From an uncultured Gammaproteobacteria bacterium (GTDB lineage: Bacteria > Patescibacteriota > Microgenomatia > UBA10105 > UBA927): a stretch of 64,000 nt of DNA. The notes under the pieces were generated by a model. The model was not told the origin of the DNA and made no database searches. It saw nothing but the letters and a program-made list of their open reading frames with translations. Shown one piece after another: positions 19,189 through 28,497 of this stretch (the stretch's first letter is position 1; every line of letters begins with the position of its first letter). Location: assembly GCA_964367095.1 (NCBI GenBank), contig CAYIXE010000001.1, positions 2,803 through 66,802 of the forward strand, written 5' to 3'. The position numbers were made by a program, and so were the translations under genes.

Positions 19189-20250
19189 TTATATCGAAGG
19201 GTTAATAACAGTATTATACACAGCTATTGTTTCGCGAGCTACACGATCCCAACTAAATTTGTTAGCCCACGTATGACCCTCACGTATCAATTCTTCCCGT
19301 TTTGATTGCGGAAATGAAAATGCTTCTTCTATCTTTTGTACAATACTTTCTCTATCATTTGGATCACAAATGAGTGATGGGCCAGCAATTTCTTTCAAAC
19401 TCCCACCATGCGTCGCAATCACCACCGTACCTGCAGACATCGCCTCAAGAACCGGCAATCCAAACCCTTCATAATACGAAGGAAGTACGCACATACTCGC
19501 TTGAGAAAGAAACGCGGGCAAATCATCATCCGATACTCGATCTACTCTCTCTACAGAAGATTCGAGATGAAATTTTTTAATATAGGTATCAATCGTTTTC
19601 GCTTCCATTGAATCACCCAAAAATGCTTGTCCCACTAGAAACAGCTTCTCTCCGGATCGCATCATACCTTTCGTAATCAGAATTTGCCACGCGTTGAGAA
19701 GTCCAAGAATATTTTTGTTCCAATTGATGTCCCCTACATACACTGCAAATCGTTTGGGGAGTGCATACTTTTTTGCCACACGCTTCACGACATCGGTGCT
19801 AATAGATTTTGTAAACGCACTGCTTGGGGCTAACGGCACTACATCAATTGTATCTGCAGGTCTACGCAATATGTTTACGACATCATTTTTTGAACTGATA
19901 CTATCAGTAATAATCCTTCTGGCTCGCGACAAATTCCACTTTTGTATTTGCCATTTAAGCTCCCCCCGCATGCCTCTTGGGAAATGCTCCGGAAACACGA
20001 GCGGCGTAAGGTCGTGCACCGTCACTACAAATGGTTTCTTAATAAATAACGGCAATGTAATAAAAAATGGATCAAAATTTGTGAAGTGAACAATATCTAC
20101 TTCTTTTGAAATATCACGAAAACTAGAAAATTCGTGGATGGAAACGCTGTTATTTTTTTTGAGTGCGTTGATGAGTTCTCGGGTGTACACGCCCACTCCC
20201 CGTGTTTTGTGGCCGCTTGAGAGAGGTGACGTGCTTATGGCTATATTCAT
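19189..20250 (-). CDS. GT4 glycosyltransferase (WbaZ/MtfB-like group 1)
   Basis: RGVGVY, VTVHDL.P, NKNI, PSYYEGFGLPVLEAM. Start moved to the ATG at 20250 (MNIAIST). Confidence 0.9.
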   Translation of the reverse strand: MNIAISTSPLSSGHKTRGVGVYTRELINALKKNNSVSIHEFSSFRDISKEVDIVHFTNFDPFFITLPLFIKKPFVVTVHDLTPLVFPEHFPRGMRGELKWQIQKWNLSRARRIITDSISSKNDVVNILRRPADTIDVVPLAPSSAFTKSISTDVVKRVAKKYALPKRFAVYVGDINWNKNILGLLNAWQILITKGMMRSGEKLFLVGQAFLGDSMEAKTIDTYIKKFHLESSVERVDRVSDDDLPAFLSQASMCVLPSYYEGFGLPVLEAMSAGTVVIATHGGSLKEIAGPSLICDPNDRESIVQKIEEAFSFPQSKREELIREGHTWANKFSWDRVARETIAVYNTVINPSI

Positions 20251-20326
20251 AAAGTATGTTATTTTTTCTTTCCCCTGGATAATTTCTTTACAAAAATATC
20301 CTTTCCTGCTCGCAAACTTTTTTGCA

Positions 20327-20578
20327 TTAGCAGAGGTGATAACGTTTTTTTCCATCAGTAGAAATCATTTTCAACTGTACGATTCTTTCGTACACTTCAC
20401 TCCCTTCACCCTGAAGTTTACTTTTTAAATCTGTCCAATAACGTCTGGGGATTGTGGAGTCAGTCAACACCTCTATAACATCAATAACAGAAAAATACCA
20501 GATTTCTTTATCACCATTCCAATGTCTTCGAACAGTCTTTTGATTAAAAAATGCAATACTTTGGTCTTTTTTTTTCAT
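20327..20578 (-). pseudogene. truncated BRO-N (phage antirepressor-like) family gene
   Basis: VRRHWN..KEIWYFSVIDVIEVLTDS..PRRYWTDLKSKL..EGSEVYERIVQLKMISTDGKKR, then a premature stop; the usual downstream IIQSIPSPKAEPFK region is not present. Confidence 0.75.
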
Positions 20579-20684
20579 AGGATCATTACCTAAGATTTTA
20601 TCAACATTTAAACCTTCTGAAAGGGAGTACTTTCAAGTATACCAAAATGTCAGAAGCGAGACACAAATTGAGAGATAAGAGCGG

Positions 20685-20903
20685 TTACGCATCTTCAAGT
20701 TCCTGCTTAGTTACATTCGCTTGCTTTAATAGCGAAGCAAGCGTACCCAACGCAATTTCTTTATGATTCGGAACAATAGTTGTTTGAAGCTTGCCACCTC
20801 GAACGCCTCGCATTTTTATATGACTTCCTTTTTGGGATACAATCATAAAACCTAATCGCTTCAGACGTGTAATTATATCTCTTCCTGAATACAATTTAGG
20901 CAT
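20685..20903 (-). CDS. hicA: HicA family toxin
   Basis: 72 aa; LKRLGF...SQKGSHIKM...IVPNHKEIALGTLASLLKQA. Confidence 0.9.
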   Translation of the reverse strand: MPKLYSGRDIITRLKRLGFMIVSQKGSHIKMRGVRGGKLQTTIVPNHKEIALGTLASLLKQANVTKQELEDA

Positions 20904-21156
20904 ACTGAAACTTTGGGAATAATTTCTCCAATCGAAGATCAGGCAATATCTTCAAAGAATCTGCCGAAACTTTTTCATCTTCAAAATAAAGCTCAATGGC
21001 TTCATTTAAATTTATAAGTGCCTCACTCATAGATTTTCCTTGGCTGGCTATATCAATTTCCACGGCTTTGGCTACAAACCATGCACCTTCACGCCAAACG
21101 AGGGCATTCATTCCATAAGAGGCTATTTTTTGTTTTTTCTCTAATCGTTTCATCAT
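20896..21156 (-). CDS. hicB: HicB family antitoxin (short, no obvious DNA-binding domain)
   Basis: ALVWREGAWFVA..VEIDIASQGKS..EAL.NL.EAIELY. Start placed at the ATG at 21156 downstream of the -10 box (uncertain). Confidence 0.85.
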   Translation of the reverse strand: MMKRLEKKQKIASYGMNALVWREGAWFVAKAVEIDIASQGKSMSEALINLNEAIELYFEDEKVSADSLKILPDLRLEKLFPKFQYA

Positions 21157-21164
21157 ATAATCGT

Positions 21165-21173
21165 AGTATATCA
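21165..21173 (-). promoter_or_regulatory. extended -10 element (TGnTATACT) for hicBA
   Basis: TGATATACT, 8 nt, ATG; shares GATATACTAC with the duplicated promoter element. Confidence 0.5.
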
Positions 21174-22760
21174 CATCAAACAAGTCATTCTTCTTGCATA
21201 TTTACGATGAGCATAACGTACTTTGCGTATACCGAAAGCTAACAAAGAGAACAAACTGAGTAGTGATATCCCGTCGGCCAATAGCCGCAAGGGAGTCTCT
21301 TCAAATCTAACGATTAGTTGATGCTCTCCACTGGGCATATTCACATGGATAATACCGTCAGATTTATAGATGATAGTAGTTTCTTTACCGTCAACATACG
21401 CTTTCCACCCGGGAAAATAGAGTATATTCGCTGAGACAGTGCTTTCTGTTTTAGCATTGATAGTCATCTCATAGGAAAGTGGGGTCTCTTTGTACACATT
21501 TATAGCGGCATCCCCAGTGCTCGCTTGAAACCTTGTAGAAAACCGCTCTTTTTTCCATCCTGTCCATATTGTCGAGAAGCTATTACCTAAAGATGATGTG
21601 CCATCTGTAAATTCACGCCGAGAAAGGTAATGTGCATCATCCCGCTTTTCATACGTCACAGGCTTCATATATGAAAAACTTGCTATAAAAGCCAGAACGG
21701 TGAGCCCCACCATAATCCATCGTGGTGTCACAGTGGTAAGAAGCGCTCCAAGATACCCAGTGGCAATGGTGGTAACCACCAATAATCTCCATGGATACTG
21801 AATATTGCCCATAAGCGGCACGTATCGCCATAATGACAACGAGTACTCTGTCATACCAAAGATTGCAACCCCTACCACACAAAGAACGGGGAAAATTATC
21901 GCTCGTAATGCTTTCTTTCTCACTGCCGCAAAAAAACTGATACATACGATAAGAAGCGACACGATGCCAATTTGATACGACATCTCATCAGCGGTAATCC
22001 CTACACCCGAAAATCCCGTTCCCCACGATGGGAAGAGCAGCTGAAAAAGATCCGGAAAATGATCAGCATACGAAACACTATTTAAACCCACCATAAAACG
22101 GCTCTCAACGAGTGCCGGCAGCCAAAAATACGTTGCTAACCCAATTCCCGTAACAATTACTAAGATGTTGCCTCGTTTGCGATACCATGTATACAAAAAA
22201 ATAATTGGAATAAATATGAGCGCTGTAATATTGTGACTTACTATAATACCGGCTATCCCTATTGCTACACCAAAGGAAACACCATATTCTAACGCTGCAA
22301 GGGTTAACAACACAAAAGAAAGCGCCCACACCTCTCCTACTGATCCCCGTACATAAATATCCACAAACCAATACGGCACCATCGAACATATAATCGTACC
22401 TATAAGTGCTGGCTTTTTTCCAAACACTTTACGTAACCACAAAAAACACCAAAGTATAGCCGTAAGATACCCTGTAGCCAAGGTCAGCTTCACGCTGTCG
22501 ACAAACGTCGCGCCCAATGCATGGAATAAACTTCCTATATAGTTAGGGAATGGATAATGAAAAAGAAAAAGCGGTAAGCCGTATCCACTATTTAAATCAG
22601 GCGCCCATCGAGGAAATACATACCCTTGAGACAACATCTTATAAAACTGCCAGAAACGAATAATATGATACTCTCCGTCATGCGTCGGGATAAATCGAGC
22701 ACCAAAAAGCCATTGCGATGCAAATATTGCCGGAATAAGCGCGAGCAATAAAAATTTCAT
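21171..22760 (-). CDS. GT-C membrane glycosyltransferase, PTPS-related/YfhO-like group A
   Basis: THDGEYHIIR...PRWAPDLNSGYGLPLF, YVRGSVGE, QYPWR, C-terminal NILYFPGWKAYVDG; polytopic. Confidence 0.8.
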   Translation of the reverse strand: MKFLLLALIPAIFASQWLFGARFIPTHDGEYHIIRFWQFYKMLSQGYVFPRWAPDLNSGYGLPLFLFHYPFPNYIGSLFHALGATFVDSVKLTLATGYLTAILWCFLWLRKVFGKKPALIGTIICSMVPYWFVDIYVRGSVGEVWALSFVLLTLAALEYGVSFGVAIGIAGIIVSHNITALIFIPIIFLYTWYRKRGNILVIVTGIGLATYFWLPALVESRFMVGLNSVSYADHFPDLFQLLFPSWGTGFSGVGITADEMSYQIGIVSLLIVCISFFAAVRKKALRAIIFPVLCVVGVAIFGMTEYSLSLWRYVPLMGNIQYPWRLLVVTTIATGYLGALLTTVTPRWIMVGLTVLAFIASFSYMKPVTYEKRDDAHYLSRREFTDGTSSLGNSFSTIWTGWKKERFSTRFQASTGDAAINVYKETPLSYEMTINAKTESTVSANILYFPGWKAYVDGKETTIIYKSDGIIHVNMPSGEHQLIVRFEETPLRLLADGISLLSLFSLLAFGIRKVRYAHRKYARRMTCLM

Positions 22761-23881
22761 CGTTTGTTCACAAAAATTTTATACCAAAAACTATAACAAG
22801 CCAACGGCATCCATGTCACAAAAAGCCGTATCATGGGTCCTGTGCCTCCATATTCTCTCGTCGCTATCCACGGCAAATACCGCAGCATTAATCCAAAGCT
22901 TAACATATACGCGGCTCCATGAATAAAGGATCTTTTGCCCATAGGCAACAGTGATACAAATACAAGAAACCATATGGCGTACCACGGATACATTTCTTCC
23001 CGAAGGGGGGTTAATAAAAAAACGCCAAACATACAAATTCCTACAAACAAAGCACGCTTTTCGTCTGATAAGTGACGAAAAAAAATAAAAAGCGGCAACA
23101 CCACTATAGTTGCTCCTTTCACCAATACCGAGGAGAGCATAAAACCCAATCCCATAATCCATACTGCTAACTGCGTATTACGCCAAAGATAAATTCCATA
23201 AAGAAGGAGAGCCATCATAAATGTATCATTATGGCCAGATACAAATGTCTCAATAATCACAAGCGGATTAAACGCAAAAAATAAGACGTTTCGCACGTTC
23301 TTTGTCATCCGATAAATAAGAACTCCTATCGCTACATACGAGCTGATTACCAACAATTTAAATGTGTACAACGCGACCAATACATTACCAAAAGAAAGTA
23401 CGTACGGAATCCACGTGGCAAGTATCCATATTGGCCCGTACAGTGCGAGTTTATTGGCGGCTCTGGTAAACCCAAGCATCGGCTCACCGAGAAATTCAGT
23501 CGGCATCACAAGATAGGGATTTTCGTGATAAAAAAATGCAACCTTTGCCGTAAGAATGTAGTTAAAAATGTCATGAGACAATGCAGGGTATGATAAGAAA
23601 AAGATACAACCTATCAATAACAAAAATTTCCAATATGTTTTTAGCGTTGGTAGCGTCTGTATCCTAATAATCAATGCATACAAGATAAACAAAATGAAAA
23701 CAAAAATTATATATATAATCGCGGCAACAATCGGCGTTTTATACACGATGTGAGTCAACGAATTGAGGACTGATAATGCCCACGGATGCGTCGAGATACT
23801 AAAATTTGGATCAACGAACCCAAATGAAAAAAGTGAAAATAAGAATCCGACTACTGCAAACCAAACAAGTATTGCTTTCAT
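22757..23881 (-). CDS. GT-C membrane glycosyltransferase, MptB/alpha-mannosyltransferase-like
   Basis: SHDIFNY..TAK...HENPY, YGP.W, NPLVIIE..SGHND, YPWY; paralogue of 58659-59807. Confidence 0.7.
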   Translation of the reverse strand: MKAILVWFAVVGFLFSLFSFGFVDPNFSISTHPWALSVLNSLTHIVYKTPIVAAIIYIIFVFILFILYALIIRIQTLPTLKTYWKFLLLIGCIFFLSYPALSHDIFNYILTAKVAFFYHENPYLVMPTEFLGEPMLGFTRAANKLALYGPIWILATWIPYVLSFGNVLVALYTFKLLVISSYVAIGVLIYRMTKNVRNVLFFAFNPLVIIETFVSGHNDTFMMALLLYGIYLWRNTQLAVWIMGLGFMLSSVLVKGATIVVLPLFIFFRHLSDEKRALFVGICMFGVFLLTPLREEMYPWYAIWFLVFVSLLPMGKRSFIHGAAYMLSFGLMLRYLPWIATREYGGTGPMIRLFVTWMPLACYSFWYKIFVNKR

Positions 23882-23882
23882 A

Positions 23883-24416
23883 TTATGGATTCATACTATT
23901 CTCCCGTATATTTTGACGAAGCTTTATAGAAGCAGTCAACCGCTCATGAATGGATAACACCGTTGAGGAAATTTTTTCCGGTGTCCATATAAATTCTGGA
24001 GGCAATTCTCTATATAACTTTGTAAGTAACTTCTCGTGAGTGCTCATCTGTTCTTTTAATGATGCAACAACCAATGACATATTTTTCTTTTCCGCTTTTC
24101 CCGATTGAATACGTTCTGGTAGCTGAATAATTTCATTGTCAGAATGATTCAAGGCATCAAATGCCAATAAATATTGTTTGTACTCAAATAATATTTTCGC
24201 TTCAACCAGATATTTATCTGCCATGTTCATGATATGTTTTGCCTGCGCGATACTCCCAAAACTCCAATATCGTTTCACATGATCCAAGACGCGTGATACT
24301 CTATACATTTTATTTCCGGGCATAGCTGATGGATATGGGAGCACATATTCAGAAAATACAAGCGAAGGTGTGGAAAAAATTAAAGTCAAAAGAAAAAATG
24401 AAAGGAAATACTTCAT
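23883..24416 (-). CDS. exported helical protein, DUF5667-like
   Basis: Signal-peptide-like MKYFLSFFLLTLIFSTPSLVFS, then YVLPYPSAMPG..MY and ADKYLVEA. Confidence 0.6.
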   Translation of the reverse strand: MKYFLSFFLLTLIFSTPSLVFSEYVLPYPSAMPGNKMYRVSRVLDHVKRYWSFGSIAQAKHIMNMADKYLVEAKILFEYKQYLLAFDALNHSDNEIIQLPERIQSGKAEKKNMSLVVASLKEQMSTHEKLLTKLYRELPPEFIWTPEKISSTVLSIHERLTASIKLRQNIRENSMNP

Positions 24417-24417
24417 A

Positions 24418-25188
24418 TCACGATGCAGACATAAACTTTTTGTATGCCATAGGAAAATGGATGCTCGAGAATAGCGCAAACTGAAACCCCTGCCATCCGT
24501 CTACAAACCCCTTATGGCGAAGATAGATCGAAAAAAACGTACCAATCGGTTTGACCAAACAATACGATAAAAATAAATTAAACGTGGGTGTTTTATATAT
24601 CTTTCGCAAATCTAGAGCTGTAAGCGAGGTATACGTGTCTGCCTTTGCCCAGTATTCCTCAAGAGTATTGTTGGTGTAATGCAAAAGCGGTTCTTTAAGC
24701 GTTCCGATCTCTCCATCTATGACAATCTGTTCATGTACTGACTTGCAAGGTAACATGCCTTTACCCCTTTTAAACAATCGAACAAGATAGTCAGGATACT
24801 GTCCGCCTTTGGAAAGCCATTTGCCAATGAAGAAATTTTTGCGCGGCATTTGATACCCGGCATTTGTATTCTTTTTCTTTATTACTGACAGAATTTCGGC
24901 GCGAAGCTTTGGGCTTATGACTTCATCAGCGTCCAACTGCAATATCCAATCGCTCTTGCATGCATCTATGGCATACTGCTTATTGATATGAAACATCGCT
25001 GGATTATCTCGTTTAGAAATGTTCGCACCATACTTCTTTGCAATTTCAAGAGTTCCGTCAGTTGATCCGCCATCGACCAAGACTATTTCATCAACCCACG
25101 AAACTACAGAGGCTAAACATGCTTCTAATTTAATAACTTCGTTATATGTAGCAATTGCCACTGATAATGTTACCTTCTTTTTTGCCAT
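24418..25188 (-). CDS. GT2, WaaE/KdtX (beta-1,4-glucosyltransferase-like) subfamily
   Basis: DGGSTD, WILQLDADE, RKNFF.GKWL..GG.YPD, RLF, VHE, GFVDG. Confidence 0.85.
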   Translation of the reverse strand: MAKKKVTLSVAIATYNEVIKLEACLASVVSWVDEIVLVDGGSTDGTLEIAKKYGANISKRDNPAMFHINKQYAIDACKSDWILQLDADEVISPKLRAEILSVIKKKNTNAGYQMPRKNFFIGKWLSKGGQYPDYLVRLFKRGKGMLPCKSVHEQIVIDGEIGTLKEPLLHYTNNTLEEYWAKADTYTSLTALDLRKIYKTPTFNLFLSYCLVKPIGTFFSIYLRHKGFVDGWQGFQFALFSSIHFPMAYKKFMSAS

Positions 25189-26852
25189 AACCGCATTGTA
25201 ACAAGAAACCCCAAGAGTACAAAAATACCACCTATAGAAATCCAGTTAGAGAGTTTTCGAAACTTTGTATCGGAAAATATAATTTCAACATCATGCACTC
25301 CCTCGGGAACATCAAATGTTAACAGTCCTCGATAATTAGGGTTTTGAAATTCAATAGGAACGCGCGTTTTATCGACAAATACTTCCCAATTGGGAAAATA
25401 AAGCGTATTTTCGACAAATTTCATGGATGTTGATGAAGAAACAGCATATGAATGATATGTGCTATTTCTACGTCCGACTTCAATAGTCACATCCTTTCCA
25501 CTGATTAGCTCAATCGGCGCTTTGGCTCTCGTTTCCATAAAACGAATAGACCAAATCGGTGAACTTTCTCCTGTATCCGTAGTGCCGTTATAGACGCTGG
25601 TGAAATTACTGTCAGGCATCGATACATACTCTTTTGCGTGCCACATGGGAATGGTTCCGACAATTGCGATAGTACACAATAATCCCATCATCCATATCTT
25701 CTCTTTTTTAGAAACTATACTTATCCCAATAGCACCAACAATCGACGTTGCAAATACTGCAACACTCATCAGCCGCCAAGGAAATTGAAACTTTTGCAGA
25801 AGCGATATCGATTGCCAAACAGGCAACGCTGCATTGGTCATAAGGAAAAGTGAGAAAATAAATATGGCGACTGCCGCTATAGTGAATATCTGCATTTTTC
25901 GATTCGCTTTGGAAAACTTCACCAAGACCAATACCAACCCCAGAAGCTGTGCCACACCAAGGCTCTTACTAAACTCATTTCCACCCCCATAGTTCCACGC
26001 TGACCACAGAAACCACCGCAGCGGCACAAATCGAGTCTGAAAATCTCCGACGGTCACGATATCTCGAAGCGTATATTTCCCCTCAACAAATGCAGGTATC
26101 CAAAAAAATGCTGATAATATGAACCCAAGTGTAATACAGATAACGCTTGTGATGAAAAACCGACGTTTATCTTTTGACTCATAGACAAAAAGGTATAAAG
26201 CGTAGACACCTGCTATAGGCAAAAACATAATACTCAATGCATTATGTGAAAGAATTAATCCCGCCACACCCAACGCAACTATAACCTCCGCCTTTATTAT
26301 TCTCATATATCGATATATGAGAATTTTGGGAGTATCAAAAGATTGCTTAGCTAACATATAAAGTCCAAACATCACAAACGGTAAAAAAATAAAAGCCATA
26401 TGTTCCCCAATCGCCCCGCGAATATAGATATCGACAAACCGATAGGGAGCAAATCCATAAAGGATAGCCGCTGTAATCCCCGCTTCCATGCCCCATGCGG
26501 CATTAACCCACAGAAACATGGCAAACATGCTTGCAATAAACCCAAATGCAAAAACGAGCTTGACACTTTCTACCAATGAAAATCCAATCGTATGAAACGC
26601 TGACGCGATGTAGGATGGCAGCGGATACAAAAACATCATCACCGGATGCCCGTATCCCCAATTAAGGTTGCCAGCCCATCGCGGAACAAGGTTGCCTTCA
26701 GAAAGTGATTGATAGAAGTTGGCAATCCTTGCCACATGATCCTTACCATCATGCGTTATGGGCAATCCTGAGTTAAACAAGTCAAAAAGGGGCAAGATGG
26801 AAACAATAAGAAGTACGAACCAGATAACCAAGAGTGGAAGTAATCGCTTCAT
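25170..26852 (-). CDS. GT-C membrane glycosyltransferase, PTPS-related/YfhO-like group A
   Basis: THDGKDHVAR...PRWAGNLNWGYGHP, YIRGAIGE, QFPWR, NTLYFPNW. Confidence 0.8.
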   Translation of the reverse strand: MKRLLPLLVIWFVLLIVSILPLFDLFNSGLPITHDGKDHVARIANFYQSLSEGNLVPRWAGNLNWGYGHPVMMFLYPLPSYIASAFHTIGFSLVESVKLVFAFGFIASMFAMFLWVNAAWGMEAGITAAILYGFAPYRFVDIYIRGAIGEHMAFIFLPFVMFGLYMLAKQSFDTPKILIYRYMRIIKAEVIVALGVAGLILSHNALSIMFLPIAGVYALYLFVYESKDKRRFFITSVICITLGFILSAFFWIPAFVEGKYTLRDIVTVGDFQTRFVPLRWFLWSAWNYGGGNEFSKSLGVAQLLGLVLVLVKFSKANRKMQIFTIAAVAIFIFSLFLMTNAALPVWQSISLLQKFQFPWRLMSVAVFATSIVGAIGISIVSKKEKIWMMGLLCTIAIVGTIPMWHAKEYVSMPDSNFTSVYNGTTDTGESSPIWSIRFMETRAKAPIELISGKDVTIEVGRRNSTYHSYAVSSSTSMKFVENTLYFPNWEVFVDKTRVPIEFQNPNYRGLLTFDVPEGVHDVEIIFSDTKFRKLSNWISIGGIFVLLGFLVTMRLWQKRR

Positions 26853-28492
26853 AACGTAAATGCAATAATTGCTTCTTTCCCGTCAAGATTCTTAAATATA
26901 TTTACCACGCGTTTTTGCGTAGGCGCATCTTTACTATCAGCAATATACAGCGTATCAGCTTTGAGCACTTCTGTAGACCAGTTTATTGAGCGAAATTCCA
27001 CATTCCCAAATCTATGCGGCTTGTCATATCCGCCTGACACACTGCCGCCGAGTGTTTGATAGAGGTTAGGATCAAACGATGAATAAAAAAGGTAAAACAT
27101 ATACGACTGGTACAAATTGCCGTTATTTGAAAAGACGATTTGTTTATATTCATTTTTCGTTCCCTGTACAAAAGCCATCGTATCTTCCATGGCATACTGA
27201 AACGAATCTGATTGTGTACGAGGAAACGTTATAAAATACCCTTTTCCAAACTGCATGAGGCTTAATAAAATAATTCCTCCTACGATAATCCATCGCGTCC
27301 ACGTAAATTTTCTTGCGACATACCATAATTCCAACACGCCGACCCCGCTTAATAACGCCAATGGAGGAAGCCATGTAAAGCTGCGCATTGCGTGTGGCGC
27401 TTGGGTTGTAATCGCGGCGGGCAATGGGCCTGAAAGTCCCCACACCAATAAAAAAAGCAGTACACGAAAATCTATATTACTAAAAACAATAAGATAAATA
27501 AGCCCCACAAGTATACTTACCAATTCCCATGAATACAAAAGGCCCATATTCGGTACTTTGTGTGCTTCCCGTTCGCTTCCCATAAATAACCATGATGGGA
27601 CAAAGTGAGAAAAGTAATTACTGGCAAAAACTCGTGCCATAACTACTTTACGATTATGTATTATCTTTCCTATAACGTCGTTAGAACTTTTTGCAATTTG
27701 TAAGGCTTGAAACGCTTGTGTATACACTGGGGCATCGACAGAGAATGCACTCGTACCTTTAAGCCTGCTCAATCCCTCACCGGTAACCGTTACATACACA
27801 GCAGGAAGTACAATAAGAAGAAATACACCTGCTGATATACACACCACTTTTATATGTTTTACGCATTCTTTCCAATACATTGCGCCAAATGCTATAAGAA
27901 GAATTGGAGTGATGAGTTTTTGGCTTTGATACCCATGAAGTGAGACGCCAAACAATATTGATGCCCACAAAAGATACCATTGTTTTTTTTCTATAATAAA
28001 CACACACAGTGCGTACACTCCCGCAAGCGTTAACGTAAATCCTAAATTCGCTTCATGTCCTAAACGGGAAATGTAAATATGCCACGGCGATATTGCCATA
28101 AGAAACGATACTGCCTCACCTAAATATCGTAATCGGCTGTTATACCGCGAAAAAAGCTTACCGAGACAAAACATCAGATACACAGCAAAAAGCGACAAAA
28201 TTATAGATGGAAATCGAACAGCTAAAGATGAAAGACCCATAAATTTTACAAACGGGATGACAATGTATACGTACATCGAAGGACGCCAATCATCATACGC
28301 GCGAAGAAGAAGCGGCAATCTATACCCGTATTCATCTTTGCCCGTCGTAAGTATGGAATATGCGTTATAGCCGATGGAAACTTCGTCAAGAGAAGGTGAA
28401 GGCGGCACAATAGCCAATGCATATAGCCGCAAAAATGCTGAAAGAAGTAAAATGAACGTGAAACCTAAATATGTACGATTAAACATAGACAT
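26849..28492 (-). CDS. GT-C ArnT/PMT-like (GT39/GT83-like) glycosyltransferase, group B
   Basis: PPSPSLDEVSIGYNAYSILTTGKDEYG, AVRFPS, ISPWH..SR, PHAMR. Confidence 0.8.
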   Translation of the reverse strand: MSMFNRTYLGFTFILLLSAFLRLYALAIVPPSPSLDEVSIGYNAYSILTTGKDEYGYRLPLLLRAYDDWRPSMYVYIVIPFVKFMGLSSLAVRFPSIILSLFAVYLMFCLGKLFSRYNSRLRYLGEAVSFLMAISPWHIYISRLGHEANLGFTLTLAGVYALCVFIIEKKQWYLLWASILFGVSLHGYQSQKLITPILLIAFGAMYWKECVKHIKVVCISAGVFLLIVLPAVYVTVTGEGLSRLKGTSAFSVDAPVYTQAFQALQIAKSSNDVIGKIIHNRKVVMARVFASNYFSHFVPSWLFMGSEREAHKVPNMGLLYSWELVSILVGLIYLIVFSNIDFRVLLFLLVWGLSGPLPAAITTQAPHAMRSFTWLPPLALLSGVGVLELWYVARKFTWTRWIIVGGIILLSLMQFGKGYFITFPRTQSDSFQYAMEDTMAFVQGTKNEYKQIVFSNNGNLYQSYMFYLFYSSFDPNLYQTLGGSVSGGYDKPHRFGNVEFRSINWSTEVLKADTLYIADSKDAPTQKRVVNIFKNLDGKEAIIAFTL

Positions 28493-28497
28493 GCCTT

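Noticed and set aside
21185-21214. Mini-ORF MLIVNMQEE overlapping the basic tail of the 21171 gene, a possible relic of a deleted gene start
   Set aside because: Too short to distinguish from chance.
21171-22760. 6-pyruvoyl-tetrahydropterin synthase function for group A proteins
   Set aside because: The family name is historical; these are polytopic membrane proteins with GT-C/YfhO features and no PTPS catalytic motif.
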